From: Candidatus Binatia bacterium
GTDB taxonomy: Bacteria > Desulfobacterota > Binatia > Bin18
Assembly: GCA_951812575.1 (NCBI GenBank)
Contig: OX638322.1
Coordinates: forward strand, 710,850-774,849
Reading direction: 5' to 3'
Length of the DNA: 64,000 nt
Shown here: one piece after another, positions 1 to 9,136 of the stretch
Layout: each line of letters opens with the position of its first letter
Numbering within the stretch: the stretch's first letter is position 1
Notes under the pieces: generated by a model
Told to the model about the DNA's origin: nothing
The model's database searches: none
The model's input: the letters and a program-made list of their open reading frames with translations, nothing else
Made by a program: the position numbers and the translations under genes

Positions 1-227
1 GGCGGTTCATCGTTCCAGATCGCAACCGGCGCCGTTGCTTGCGCAGTCCATTCGGTCAATTCCGTGTTTGCGCCGCCTATTTCCTGACGGACGCGCACAT
101 AGGGAATTTTTTTGACGTATAAAATGCCCTTGGCGGCTTCACTCCACGGCCCCGGCACGCCGAGCGACAGCACGAGTCGCAACCCGGATAGTGTTCTGGC
201 CTCTGCAACCTCAACAAATTCACCCAT
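1..227 (-). CDS. Thioredoxin-fold / GST N-terminal-like protein, 5' part only (gene runs off the window start)
   Basis: Not in ORF track because there is no stop in the window. Manual translation from ATG (225-227, minus), preceded by AGGAGG (rc of 235-240): MGEFVEVAEARTLSGLRLVLSLGVPGPWSEAAKGILYVKKIPYVRVRQEIGG... The frame is open to position 1. Family call is from memory only. Confidence 0.45.
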   Translation of the reverse strand, partial: MGEFVEVAEARTLSGLRLVLSLGVPGPWSEAAKGILYVKKIPYVRVRQEIGGANTELTEWTAQATAPVAIWNDEP

Positions 228-389
228 GATAGCCCCTCCTTTTGCCTGTGTATGAACCAATGATCGGCCCACCACGTACTTGGACCGTCCGTTGCCACAC
301 CTGATTATACTATACGAGCGGGGGGAGTATACCGCTCGCCTGCCGCCGGGGAACAGGCCAGGGAAGAGACCCACAGAAGGGATTTAGAA

Positions 390-420
390 ACAAAAAAAGC
401 AGGACGCCAAAGCATCCTGC
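390..420 (-). terminator. Rho-independent terminator downstream of the diiron-protein gene
   Basis: On the minus strand GCAGGATGCTTTGGCGTCCTGC (stem GCAGGA/TCCTGC) is followed by TTTTTTT (A-run 392-398 on plus). A second perfect hairpin GCGGGTTTcAAACCCGC lies at about 436-452. Confidence 0.6.
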
Positions 421-469
421 TGAAGCAAAGGTGGAAGCGGGTTTCAAACCCGCCCCCGCATGTCCGCCT

Positions 470-1465
470 TTACGCGGCCGCTTGCGTCCGTTGCTGCGCC
501 TGTGGAGCGGTAATGCCCATGGTCCCGAGCTTCTTAATAGCCCGCTCACTCAGTAGGCCGACTTTCTCCATGTTGCTCCACAGGGCGGCATGAAAATCTT
601 TCTTAAAGAACGTCCGAAACGCCACATATTCGTTCTTCTTGGCCACTTCGTGGCGCATGGTGCGGATGTCTTCTATCTCGGCCTGGGTAAAGCCAACGGC
701 TTCGTAGGCTTCTCGCGGAAACTGTCCCTGCAGGAGTCCGGCGGCGGCTTCGCAGGCAAACTCTTCGACTTCTTCGAGCTCCTGCTCGGATAATTCCTGT
801 ATCTGATCGGGCAGGCTTAACATCCCGAAACCCATGTGGCGAGATTCGTCAGAGAGGATGCGGCGGCAGATCTGGCTGATTAACGGGTCCGGGCTGTGGT
901 CGGCCAGCATCCGAAACAGCGACACCGCCAGGGTTTCCGCGACGAGTTGGGTTCCTACGGTCTTGAGATACCACTGCGGCATGGCCAGGATGTGGTCGAA
1001 CAGATTCTTGAGATTTTTGGTCAGCGGATACGTTACGCCGACTTTGTCGTACAGATAGCGAGCCAGCACCTCTGAGTGCCGCGCCTCATCCGCGACCTGG
1101 GTCGCCATAAAAAACTTCGAGTCGATGCCCGGAACAACATTGGCAATCTGACCACAGACCATGAGGGCGAATTGCTCGCCGTACATAAGCTGGCTGATCC
1201 GCCAGGCGGAGAAATGCCGGTTCAGGTCGAGACGGTGCTTGTCGTCCAGCTTGTCCCAGTATTTTGTGCCGTAAATATCAATCAACCCATCGGGTAAAAT
1301 GCCACTGTCCGGGTCGCCCCCGGCGTCCCAGTCAATATCGGCCGAGGCATTCCACTGGTCGCGTTTCGCCTTCTCGTACAGACGACGCATGTCCTGGTCC
1401 TGGACATCGAGCAGTTGGGTAAAAATTGCATCGGAGGTTGCCTTCACCGTATGCGTCTGTGACAT
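470..1465 (-). CDS. Ferritin-like diiron-carboxylate oxygenase (AurF/desaturase-like)
   Basis: 331-aa ORF with two ExxH motifs (QVADEARHSE, LSDESRHMGF). Additional carboxylates sit in MYGEQFAL and LVAETLAV. Confidence 0.6.
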   Translation of the reverse strand: MSQTHTVKATSDAIFTQLLDVQDQDMRRLYEKAKRDQWNASADIDWDAGGDPDSGILPDGLIDIYGTKYWDKLDDKHRLDLNRHFSAWRISQLMYGEQFALMVCGQIANVVPGIDSKFFMATQVADEARHSEVLARYLYDKVGVTYPLTKNLKNLFDHILAMPQWYLKTVGTQLVAETLAVSLFRMLADHSPDPLISQICRRILSDESRHMGFGMLSLPDQIQELSEQELEEVEEFACEAAAGLLQGQFPREAYEAVGFTQAEIEDIRTMRHEVAKKNEYVAFRTFFKKDFHAALWSNMEKVGLLSERAIKKLGTMGITAPQAQQRTQAAA

Positions 1466-1588
1466 CAGACACTCCTTATTTTGAAATTTACTTGATAGTT
1501 CATTATTGGAACATTGGCGTTCATTTTTAGCCTAATACCTCTATCCGTGTCAATACGCCTGGATAGTGGCAGCAACATACGAACCGTA

Positions 1589-2476
1589 TCAGGAACCCCG
1601 TTTCAGCGCTCCGCATTGGCCGAGCGCCTCAAGCACTTGACGCAGAGTCCAGTCGTGCTCTCCATACTCCGGGAATCGGCCAGTCAGGTCGAGCTGGCCA
1701 ATCTCGGCCAGGGTCTGCTGAGTCCCACGCGCCATGACCGCGGAGGAGTGTAGGTGTTCCAGCGTTTCGGCCAACTCACGCATTTCCTCTGCCCGTCTGG
1801 CGGCATGAAAAGGATAGGTCGGCACGAGCCATTCCAACGACTGCATGACGCCTGGAAAAAGCTCGGTGTAACAGGCGAGCAAATCATCCAGGCAATCATA
1901 TTCCTGCGCGGCCACCGTTAGTTCGCTCAGCACGGCAACCAGGCCTTTATTGAGTCCGGAGAACAACATCTTGAAGGCGGAGGCTTGACCGATGGTGTCT
2001 CCTAAGGGATGCATGCGGAGCGATTGCCCGAGAGCCGCTTCAAACTCCCGGACGTTCGGACCGCTGACATACACGGTACAGCGACCCCGCACATCCCGGG
2101 CCGGTCCGATGATACAGGCATCGAGAAAGTCACAGCCCGCGGCCCGAATGGTCTCACCGACCTGGCTAACAGTCATGGGAGAGACGGCATTCGCGTCAAC
2201 GAATAGCGGCCTCCGGTTCGCCTGCTGCACGGCCTGGGCAAAATCGCGTGAGACTGTTGGGGCGGCCGTTGGGGGAATAATTGAGAGGACGATGTCCGCC
2301 TGTTCGACGACCGCCAGCAGAGAATCGAGCTCGGTTATTGCGGCTTGCGCGCTGAGATGTCGCGTGCGCGCGCTCCGCCCGACCAGCGTCGTGACAACGG
2401 CAAAGCCGTCTTCTTTCAGCACGCGGCCCACATTATGGCCCATATCGCCGGGGTATAAGATGCCTATTGCTTGCAT
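1589..2476 (-). CDS. NAD(P)-dependent oxidoreductase, 6PGDH/HIBADH-like NAD-binding domain
   Basis: 295-aa ORF. N-terminal dinucleotide-binding start MQAIGILYPGDMGHNVG, followed by a helical C-terminal domain. Family-level call only. Confidence 0.55.
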   Translation of the reverse strand: MQAIGILYPGDMGHNVGRVLKEDGFAVVTTLVGRSARTRHLSAQAAITELDSLLAVVEQADIVLSIIPPTAAPTVSRDFAQAVQQANRRPLFVDANAVSPMTVSQVGETIRAAGCDFLDACIIGPARDVRGRCTVYVSGPNVREFEAALGQSLRMHPLGDTIGQASAFKMLFSGLNKGLVAVLSELTVAAQEYDCLDDLLACYTELFPGVMQSLEWLVPTYPFHAARRAEEMRELAETLEHLHSSAVMARGTQQTLAEIGQLDLTGRFPEYGEHDWTLRQVLEALGQCGALKRGS

Positions 2477-2579
2477 CGCGTCTCTCTCTCAGGCTGCTCC
2501 GCCTGTCAAGCGATCACCCCTGCATACCAGAGTCGGACTGTCTCCGCACCCCACATTTCGTACCGGATATTCCTGCCGT

Positions 2580-3137
2580 ATGATGGGACACATGAAAAGC
2601 CTCCGCACGATCGTACTATGTGTCCTCCTCGGGCTGGGTGGCGTCTACGCCTGGATGCAGACCCCTTCCTATTCGGTCTATCATATCCAACAGGCTCTCA
2701 AGACGCGCAACTATGAGACCTTTACGCACTATGTCGATATCGACAGCGTGGTCAGCTATGCCCTGGAGGATTTGGGGCAGAGTGCACCGGATGTCCCGCA
2801 ACCGCAGGACGCGCCGCCGGACTCCCTCGCCGGGCTCCTGCACAGAGGACTCGAGAGTTTGACACGGGATGTCCGGGACCTCGCCAAGGCGGGAGTGACG
2901 TTTGCCGTACAGCAAGCCTTTCAAAACTCAGACCTGACGCTTCCGCAGATCCCGACTATTGCCCTTATCGGAACGGTAATCGGCGGGGATACCCGGGAGG
3001 ACATCCGCTATTTTTCCGTTCCACTCGACAGCGGTGAAGAGATTGAGATCGGGCTCCGCTCTACCCCGGAAGATCGGTGGCGCGTCGTCCGGGTCACCAA
3101 TGTTCAGGCGCTGATGAAGGCGGTATTCGGGGCGTGA
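2580..3137 (+). CDS. Membrane-anchored protein (DUF2939-like by recollection)
   Basis: Distal part of ORF 1992..3137. The first ~196 codons are an antisense shadow of 1589..2476. From MMGHMKSLRTIVLCVLLGLGGVYAW there is an N-terminal anchor followed by a soluble domain. ATG at 2580 (alternative 2592). Confidence 0.5.
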   Translation: MMGHMKSLRTIVLCVLLGLGGVYAWMQTPSYSVYHIQQALKTRNYETFTHYVDIDSVVSYALEDLGQSAPDVPQPQDAPPDSLAGLLHRGLESLTRDVRDLAKAGVTFAVQQAFQNSDLTLPQIPTIALIGTVIGGDTREDIRYFSVPLDSGEEIEIGLRSTPEDRWRVVRVTNVQALMKAVFGA

Positions 3138-3139
3138 GG

Positions 3140-4057
3140 ATGCAAGCCTTTACCTCCGCCCGCTACACCGCACCCATGGGCAATCACTCCTATCCCATGG
3201 ACAAGTATCGCCTGGTCCCGGAACGGCTACTGGCCGAGAGCATCCTCACGCCAGGGGAAATCGTTGAGCCGCAGCCGATAGCCCTCGAAGATATTCTTCG
3301 CGTGCATACGCCGGAGTACGTCCACGCCTTTCTGAACGGGACGCTGGAACGCAAGGCATTGCTCCGCCTCGGCCTGCCCTGGTCTCGGCAACTTGTCCAG
3401 CGCGCGTTTGCCGTGATCGGTGGAACGCTGGGGGCTGCTCGGGCCGCACTGAGAGACGGGATTGCCGCCAATCTGGCCGGGGGTACCCACCATGCCTTCG
3501 CCGACCACGGCGAAGGTTACTGTATTTTTAATGATCTGGTCATTGTCCTGAGGCGGCTGCGGGTAGAGGGCCGTATCGGGCGTGCCCTCGTTCTCGACCT
3601 TGACGTGCATCAGGGGAACGGTACGGCTACGTTGTGTCAGACCGACCCGGATACCTTCACTTTTTCCATGCACGCGGCCAATAATTACCCTGCCCATAAA
3701 GAACACAGCTCGTGGGATATCGCCCTGCCGGACGGCACGACGGACGAACACTATCTCGGTCGGCTGGAGGAGAGCCTGCCCGTGCTCCTCGAACGATCCC
3801 GACCGGACCTGATCCTGTATCAGGCCGGTGTGGATGTGCTCCAGGGCGACCGGTTTGGAAAACTGGCGCTGTCGATGGCCGGGGTCGGGGAGCGGGATCG
3901 GATAACGTACGACTTTGCCCGACAGGCGGGAACACCCCTTGCGGTGACCTTAGGCGGCGGTTACGCGCGGGATATCAATAGGATTGTGGCCGCCCACTGC
4001 CAGACGGCCGGCGCGGCAAAGTCTACAGGCTCCTATCTCGGCGCGAGTGTCGGGTGA
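3140..4057 (+). CDS. Histone deacetylase-family (HDAC/AcuC-like) amidohydrolase
   Basis: Motifs GGTHHAFADHGEGYCIFND and VLDLDVHQGNGTA. ATG 3140 lies 2 nt after the upstream TGA (3135-3137), with GAGGA just before it. Confidence 0.85.
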   Translation: MQAFTSARYTAPMGNHSYPMDKYRLVPERLLAESILTPGEIVEPQPIALEDILRVHTPEYVHAFLNGTLERKALLRLGLPWSRQLVQRAFAVIGGTLGAARAALRDGIAANLAGGTHHAFADHGEGYCIFNDLVIVLRRLRVEGRIGRALVLDLDVHQGNGTATLCQTDPDTFTFSMHAANNYPAHKEHSSWDIALPDGTTDEHYLGRLEESLPVLLERSRPDLILYQAGVDVLQGDRFGKLALSMAGVGERDRITYDFARQAGTPLAVTLGGGYARDINRIVAAHCQTAGAAKSTGSYLGASVG

Positions 4058-4143
4058 CCCCTCAGGTCTGAACCGAGTGAACTCAATAAGCCTGCGCCAA
4101 AAGCAAACGAAAACCACGCTTATACACTCATTAAATCGGCCTT

Positions 4144-5610
4144 TTACTCCACTATCAGCGGCAGCTCTTCCCCCTGCGCCAAGCTCGTCAGAAACGCCCG
4201 CAGTTCGTTATCCGACAGCCCTGGCGTATCCGAGGCTGCGAACAGTAGTGCCACGTTCTGGTCAGCGGGCGAGAGGCTGGCCAGTTGGGCTTGGGCACGG
4301 CTGCGGATCACCGGCCCGATCAGCCGAGCTAATTCGGACAGAAAGCGAGAGGCGATGAGGATTTTTTCGGCCGCACTGTTGGCCCGGCTCTGCATGTCCT
4401 GATGGACGGCAATCATCCCCGCGTGCAGAACGAGTTCATTACCACTCAGCGCCCACAGTTCTTTATGCACCCTGCCCCACAGGATGGTCAGCTCATCCGT
4501 CACCGGCCACAGCGCGGTGTGCAGCAGCGTCGTGCTCTCTGCGGCAATCAGACGAACGAGAGCGGCCTTCCAGTCTGGGGAAAGGATGGGGTCGCCCCGC
4601 AGGGAAGGCTGCACGGGCTGTGGAAGACGTTCGAGAATCTCTCCGTGTTCATCCAGGATAAGATGATCCTCAAGCGCCTGGCCCAGTATGGTCAGGCTAG
4701 CGATATAGCGTGGTTGCCCCTCTTCAGTCTGGAGCACGCGGAGCCGATGGGCCTCGGCCACCAAGTCGGCCCGGTAATAGGTATGCCCGTGATCGTAGAC
4801 TTTTTCGACTCCGTTGCGCAGTTGCACGCAGGTATGCGCCCCCGGATAAAACCGTTCGTGCGGGGCGGGCCGCCAGTCAACCGCAGTCTCAACCATCGTC
4901 ATATGCAGGGCGGCCTCTTCGGCTCCCTGGGTGAAACGCTCGCGATTGGCCCCAACTTCTCCTCCACAAATGAAGGACTCGCGCAGGGTAAAAAAGAGCT
5001 GGTCGCTGGGATACGGTCCGTAGTAGCGTAGCGCCTGTTTTTTCTGGTCCTGCCCCAAGCGCGCCAGCACATTCAAGATGGTTGCTCCGCCGCCAGACGG
5101 GAGATTCATCGGAGCGTCTAACGGCGGCAGGGTCTCCACGTCTTCATACGGGACCGAACGGAAGAAGGTGAGCGTCCGGTCCAGCTCAAAGCCACCCTCG
5201 CCGGCCAAGGCCCCGATCACGTCGGACCCGCCCCAGCCCAGATGGGACGCTGCACCTCGGACAACGCCGAGAAAGTGGCCGTCCATATTGCGCACCTTAA
5301 ACCGCTGCACCAGACCATCGGCGGCATAGAAAAAAAGCGAGAGTAAACGTCCCTGACGATCAAAAGTCCCCAGACGGCGCAGAGCCGAACTCGCAGGAAT
5401 GGCCGGCAGGAAGAAGGTCAGCGTCCCGTGAGCAGAGCGTTCCAGGCAAACCTGCCCGTTTGCATACCAGCGGAAACGGTTCGCCTCAGCGACCGGCTCG
5501 GTTGTATTCAGTACGGTCCGAAAGGACGCCAAGCGCTCAGGCTCGACCAGTTCGGCTTCCAGGGTCTGGAGGGCCAGTTCCAAAACAGCAGCAGGAGGTG
5601 GGCTGGTCAT
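4144..5610 (-). CDS. Hypothetical protein, 488 aa
   Basis: Long ORF with codon usage like its neighbours. Its ATG is 23 nt downstream of the helicase stop. I recognised no motif. Confidence 0.6.
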   Translation of the reverse strand: MTSPPPAAVLELALQTLEAELVEPERLASFRTVLNTTEPVAEANRFRWYANGQVCLERSAHGTLTFFLPAIPASSALRRLGTFDRQGRLLSLFFYAADGLVQRFKVRNMDGHFLGVVRGAASHLGWGGSDVIGALAGEGGFELDRTLTFFRSVPYEDVETLPPLDAPMNLPSGGGATILNVLARLGQDQKKQALRYYGPYPSDQLFFTLRESFICGGEVGANRERFTQGAEEAALHMTMVETAVDWRPAPHERFYPGAHTCVQLRNGVEKVYDHGHTYYRADLVAEAHRLRVLQTEEGQPRYIASLTILGQALEDHLILDEHGEILERLPQPVQPSLRGDPILSPDWKAALVRLIAAESTTLLHTALWPVTDELTILWGRVHKELWALSGNELVLHAGMIAVHQDMQSRANSAAEKILIASRFLSELARLIGPVIRSRAQAQLASLSPADQNVALLFAASDTPGLSDNELRAFLTSLAQGEELPLIVE

Positions 5611-5633
5611 ATGTCCGGTTACTGAGGCGTGTC

Positions 5634-7904
5634 TCAGGGCGTGCGCAACGCCTCAATTTGTGGCGGCGACAGGTAGGGCTCAAGAGCTTCTGGAGACGCT
5701 TCACGCACGGCCAGGGGCGAGTCGAACCCCGCAGATACCAGCGTCTTGATTTCTTCACGGTTGAGTCCGGGCAGCTGAGCCCGGGCCAACTCCAGGCTCG
5801 GCGGATCGACCCCGAGTCGCGCCCGTTCTGCCAGTTCGGACAGTTGTGTGGCCGAAGCCCAGCCCATGACCTCGGCAATTTCCGCTGCCGCATCCACCAG
5901 CCAGCTGACCTCATCCGTCAGGCTGAGGATCGTGCCGGCATAGCATTGACAGCGGTTTTCCAAAGACGACAGTTCGTCCCCGTTAATCCAGCCCAGCAGC
6001 AGCAGCGAGAGCTTGGCCGACCGGGCCTCCTGAGTCGTCGGCAGCATGCGGGCGTTGAGAAGTTTCCGGAGTTCGTCGCCCGGCTCATAGCCGCGTTCGC
6101 GTACCCACTCGCCCACTTTGCTTTCATATCCCCGGCCACGGTGTTCGGCCGACGACAACGGAATCTGCATTTTCTGGCCGTCTTCGGTCAGGCTCAGCGC
6201 ATAAAAGAGTTCCAGCTCGGACACGTCGCGTCCCTGAGCCGACTCAAAAAAGCGGGCCAGTTTTACCGCGGTTGCCGCGCGGATGCCTTTGCGGGCCGCG
6301 ACCTCTCCCAGCGTTGAGGCTTCCAGCCGTCCGTCTTCGCCGCGATTGGCAAGCTGGGCATCGACCAGAACACTCAGCGCTCGCTCGGCCTCGTCTGAGA
6401 TATGGTCCGAGGCAGACGTGCGTTTGCCCCGTTGCTGAAAGCCGAGATAGGTCAGGTCTAAAAAAGCCCGGAGCTCATCCGTTGAAAGACAGACCTTGGA
6501 GGCAATCAGGTTGAGGATACGATCCGTGAGCCCGGTCTGGCCGGGGGCCGGAGTAAACTGCTCTTGCTCGCCCATCACATAGCCCCGCCACAACAGGTCG
6601 GCCTGGAACTGATTAGTAGCAATCAGAATGGACCGACCAAATACCTCTTTGCCCCCTCGCCCTTCGACTGGCTCAGGGCGGCCCCCCAAAGAAGGGGGGG
6701 GCGACGCGAATCCGAGTCGGCCTGCTCGTCCGGAGATATTTTCATATTCGGCCCAGGTGAGCGGGACTTCAATCGCCGTACCGGTCCGTTTGTCCGTGTC
6801 CCATTTGACGGCTTCGATGAACACCGTGGAGGCGGGCAGATTCACCCCAAAGGCCAGCGTCGTGGTACAGGCGATGACCCGTACTTCGCCCCGGCGGTAG
6901 GCAGCCTCAACAATCGCCCGCTCCGCCGAGGTCAGGTCGGCGTGGTGAAACGCTACCCCCCCGGCAAGGGCAGCGCGCAGTTGTGCTTTGAGGGAGGTCT
7001 CTTCGAGAGGCTCAAGGGCCGCCAGCGCGTCGGCGGCCGGTGCCAGCTCGGAGGCTGAGGCCAGCTCCAGGACGCACTGGACCGTATCCCGTTTGCCTTT
7101 CAGAAAGATGAGGATCTGCTCCCCCTGCCGCGCGAGATGCGTGACGTGGGCGTATAAGAGTTCACGCGGGTCGTCTGACTCAACGGGGGCCAGCCGCTCC
7201 TCGCCTTCTTCGCCCGTGTTATACGTGCGGTAGCGAAAGCGGTCGCCGAGTACCACGCCACGGTAGAGCTCAACCGGCCGTTCATCCTGTAAGAGGAGGT
7301 CGGCATCCAGCCAGGCGGCGACTTGCTCGGCCTCGCGCAGGACGGCCGAGAGTCCCAAGAGCTGTGGCCGCGGGACGGCGCTGAGGAGCTTTGTCAAGGT
7401 CAGTTCCAGCCCCGACCCGCGTTCCGGGTCGCCCAACATCTGAAGTTCGTCCACCACGACCAGGGCGACCGTCCGCAGCACATGCGGATGCCGGACGAGC
7501 AACTGGGCGAGTTTTTCGTATACGAGGACGGCCAGGTGAAAGTCCCCGTGTTCGATATCGTGATCAAATTCGCGTCGGTCACGCGTTGCTACCACGACCT
7601 TGACGCCATAGGTGCCGTAACGCGCCCGAAAGGTTGCGTATTTTTCTTCCGCCAGGGCACGCAGCGGCGTTAAATACAGCACGCGCTGGCCGGCAAAGGC
7701 GGCGCGCAGGGCGGCCATTTCGCCCACAAAGGTTTTGCCCGATGAGGTTGGAGAGGAGATAAGCAGGCTACGACCGTCAAACAGCCCGTAGCGCTGCACG
7801 GCAACTTCCTGCACGGGCAAGAGAAACTCGCCCTGCTGGCGTTCCCAAATTTCCAGCAGGGTGTCCGGCAGCTCATATTTCCGCAGGTCTCGAACGCGTC
7901 GCAT
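5634..7904 (-). CDS. Ski2/Hel308-like DEAD/DEAH-box helicase
   Basis: Walker A SSPTSSGKTFVGE, DExx box VVVDELQML, motif VI SGRAGRLG, and an HhH-like C-terminal tail. Start moved to ATG 7904 (MRRVRDLRKYELPDTL) because the longer 8096 start overlaps 8026..8499. Confidence 0.8.
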   Translation of the reverse strand: MRRVRDLRKYELPDTLLEIWERQQGEFLLPVQEVAVQRYGLFDGRSLLISSPTSSGKTFVGEMAALRAAFAGQRVLYLTPLRALAEEKYATFRARYGTYGVKVVVATRDRREFDHDIEHGDFHLAVLVYEKLAQLLVRHPHVLRTVALVVVDELQMLGDPERGSGLELTLTKLLSAVPRPQLLGLSAVLREAEQVAAWLDADLLLQDERPVELYRGVVLGDRFRYRTYNTGEEGEERLAPVESDDPRELLYAHVTHLARQGEQILIFLKGKRDTVQCVLELASASELAPAADALAALEPLEETSLKAQLRAALAGGVAFHHADLTSAERAIVEAAYRRGEVRVIACTTTLAFGVNLPASTVFIEAVKWDTDKRTGTAIEVPLTWAEYENISGRAGRLGFASPPPSLGGRPEPVEGRGGKEVFGRSILIATNQFQADLLWRGYVMGEQEQFTPAPGQTGLTDRILNLIASKVCLSTDELRAFLDLTYLGFQQRGKRTSASDHISDEAERALSVLVDAQLANRGEDGRLEASTLGEVAARKGIRAATAVKLARFFESAQGRDVSELELFYALSLTEDGQKMQIPLSSAEHRGRGYESKVGEWVRERGYEPGDELRKLLNARMLPTTQEARSAKLSLLLLGWINGDELSSLENRCQCYAGTILSLTDEVSWLVDAAAEIAEVMGWASATQLSELAERARLGVDPPSLELARAQLPGLNREEIKTLVSAGFDSPLAVREASPEALEPYLSPPQIEALRTP

Positions 7905-8025
7905 ATCCCTCGCTCGTCCGTGCGTCTCTGCCACAAAGAGTAAACGTATCCAGCGTTGTTGTCGATTGGAAGGACACGCTTCCTTTGCGGTCCCACGGAA
8001 GAGGGAAAAGGCGGCAGGCGCCTTC

Positions 8026-8499
8026 CTACCCGCCCGAGGAGATCGCCGTTTGCTGTTCCGCCAGCCGCGCCCGCACATAGCCTTCCAGCCCGCCACAGGC
8101 CAGAATCTCGATATACAGATCGGACAGGTCCCGAATCGGATAGCGGCTGCCGGCGCTCATGGATTTCACGATGCGACTGTTCACATCGATCCGCAGCCGG
8201 TCGCCCGTCCGAATTTCACCCGCTTCCCAGAGGGTCAGCGGCGGCAGACCGATGTTGAGACAGAGCCGAAAGAACGGCCAGGCAAAGGCGGGCGCGATCA
8301 TGCCGGCAACGCCGTGCCGCTGAAGCGCCTCGACCGCCTGAATATACTGCTCCCCGGCTCCGACTTTGCCCGTTGCCAGGAGAATAACGCCCCCAGTCTC
8401 CCAGCTTCCATCCGCGATACGCTCTACAATGGTCTCACTCGAAAGCGGGCTCGGGACGGTCTGCGCTCGGGCCGTGATAATGAGTCGATCCACTTGCAT
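8026..8499 (-). CDS. LeuD-like / aconitase swivel-domain protein (degenerate, orphan)
   Basis: 157 aa with small-subunit-like topology (…GDRLRIDVNSRIV…). It lacks the NFGCGSSREHA-type motif (has KVGAGEQYIQAV) and has no LeuC-like neighbour. Confidence 0.45.
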   Translation of the reverse strand: MQVDRLIITARAQTVPSPLSSETIVERIADGSWETGGVILLATGKVGAGEQYIQAVEALQRHGVAGMIAPAFAWPFFRLCLNIGLPPLTLWEAGEIRTGDRLRIDVNSRIVKSMSAGSRYPIRDLSDLYIEILACGGLEGYVRARLAEQQTAISSGG

Positions 8500-8515
8500 G
8501 ACGATGCACCACCAA

Positions 8516-9136
8516 CTAGGCGACGAGCCGCATCCGGGGAACCGCGTCCGGAGAGAACTGCCTATACGTTTCGGGGCTCAGATCTGAGATGACCTGCTGA
8601 CATTGCTCAAGCCCGGCAATGAAATCCCGGAGTTCGATACCAAGACAGGCGGGCGAGTGCGGGGCTATCTTTATCAGTCCCTCGTGCAGCAACGAGCGGG
8701 TGCCCGCCAGGTTGCCGCGTCCGAGATGGTAGAACGCGACCGCAATCTGGATCAGCCCTTGCAGGAAGCTTTTTACCTCACCCTGTTCTTTCATCCACTG
8801 CGGCTCCAGGACTTCGTGCACTTCAAAAAAGAGATGCTGGTTAAAGAGCAGGGCACTTTTTTGCAGGACAACTTCGAGAGCCGAGGCTCCAGCCTGCCCG
8901 GACCAGCCCTCGAGTACCGCTCCATATTGAAGGAGTTTGGCTCTGACCGCCGGCCAGTCCATCTCAAAATCCGGCGTGAGCGCGGAACGCAGCTTCTCGG
9001 CAAGCGCATGTGGAGGAGGCTTGGTTGTGGCCGCTCGGGCGGCGGCGGCAAGACCACGCACCGTGGCGGCTGTCGCCGCATCGTCCAGGGCTTCAAGCAG
9101 CAGGTCGGCTAATGCGTCACGGGTCGCAATTTTCAT
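8516..9136 (-). CDS. DUF309-domain protein
   Basis: LFNQHLFFEVHEVLEPQWM…LQGLIQIAVAFYHLGRGNLAGTRSLL matches my memory of the DUF309 signature. It overlaps the mutS2 stop by 4 bp. Confidence 0.55.
   Translation of the reverse strand: MKIATRDALADLLLEALDDAATAATVRGLAAAARAATTKPPPHALAEKLRSALTPDFEMDWPAVRAKLLQYGAVLEGWSGQAGASALEVVLQKSALLFNQHLFFEVHEVLEPQWMKEQGEVKSFLQGLIQIAVAFYHLGRGNLAGTRSLLHEGLIKIAPHSPACLGIELRDFIAGLEQCQQVISDLSPETYRQFSPDAVPRMRLVA

Noticed and set aside
1992-2579. N-terminal ~196 codons of the 381-aa plus-strand ORF 1992..3137
   Set aside because: It is fully antisense to the well-supported oxidoreductase gene 1589..2476 and has Ser/Arg/Ala-rich shadow composition. A signal-anchor start with in-frame ATGs at 2580/2592 explains the real gene.
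5460-6317. Long plus-strand ORFs opposite the helicase, mutS2, tenA/ugd, ABC-ATPase and aminoacylase genes (for example 5460..6317, 7861..8592, 26721..27530, 32324..33025, 33889..34641, 35948..36577, 27401..28120)
   Set aside because: In a GC-rich genome the antisense strands of real genes stay open. The translations are Arg/Pro/Gly-rich with no motifs, and each overlaps a motif-supported gene.
8026-8499. Calling this ORF a genuine leuD (isopropylmalate isomerase small subunit)
   Set aside because: There is no LeuC-type large subunit nearby and the conserved GCGSSREHA-type segment is replaced. It is kept only as a LeuD-like/swivel-domain protein.
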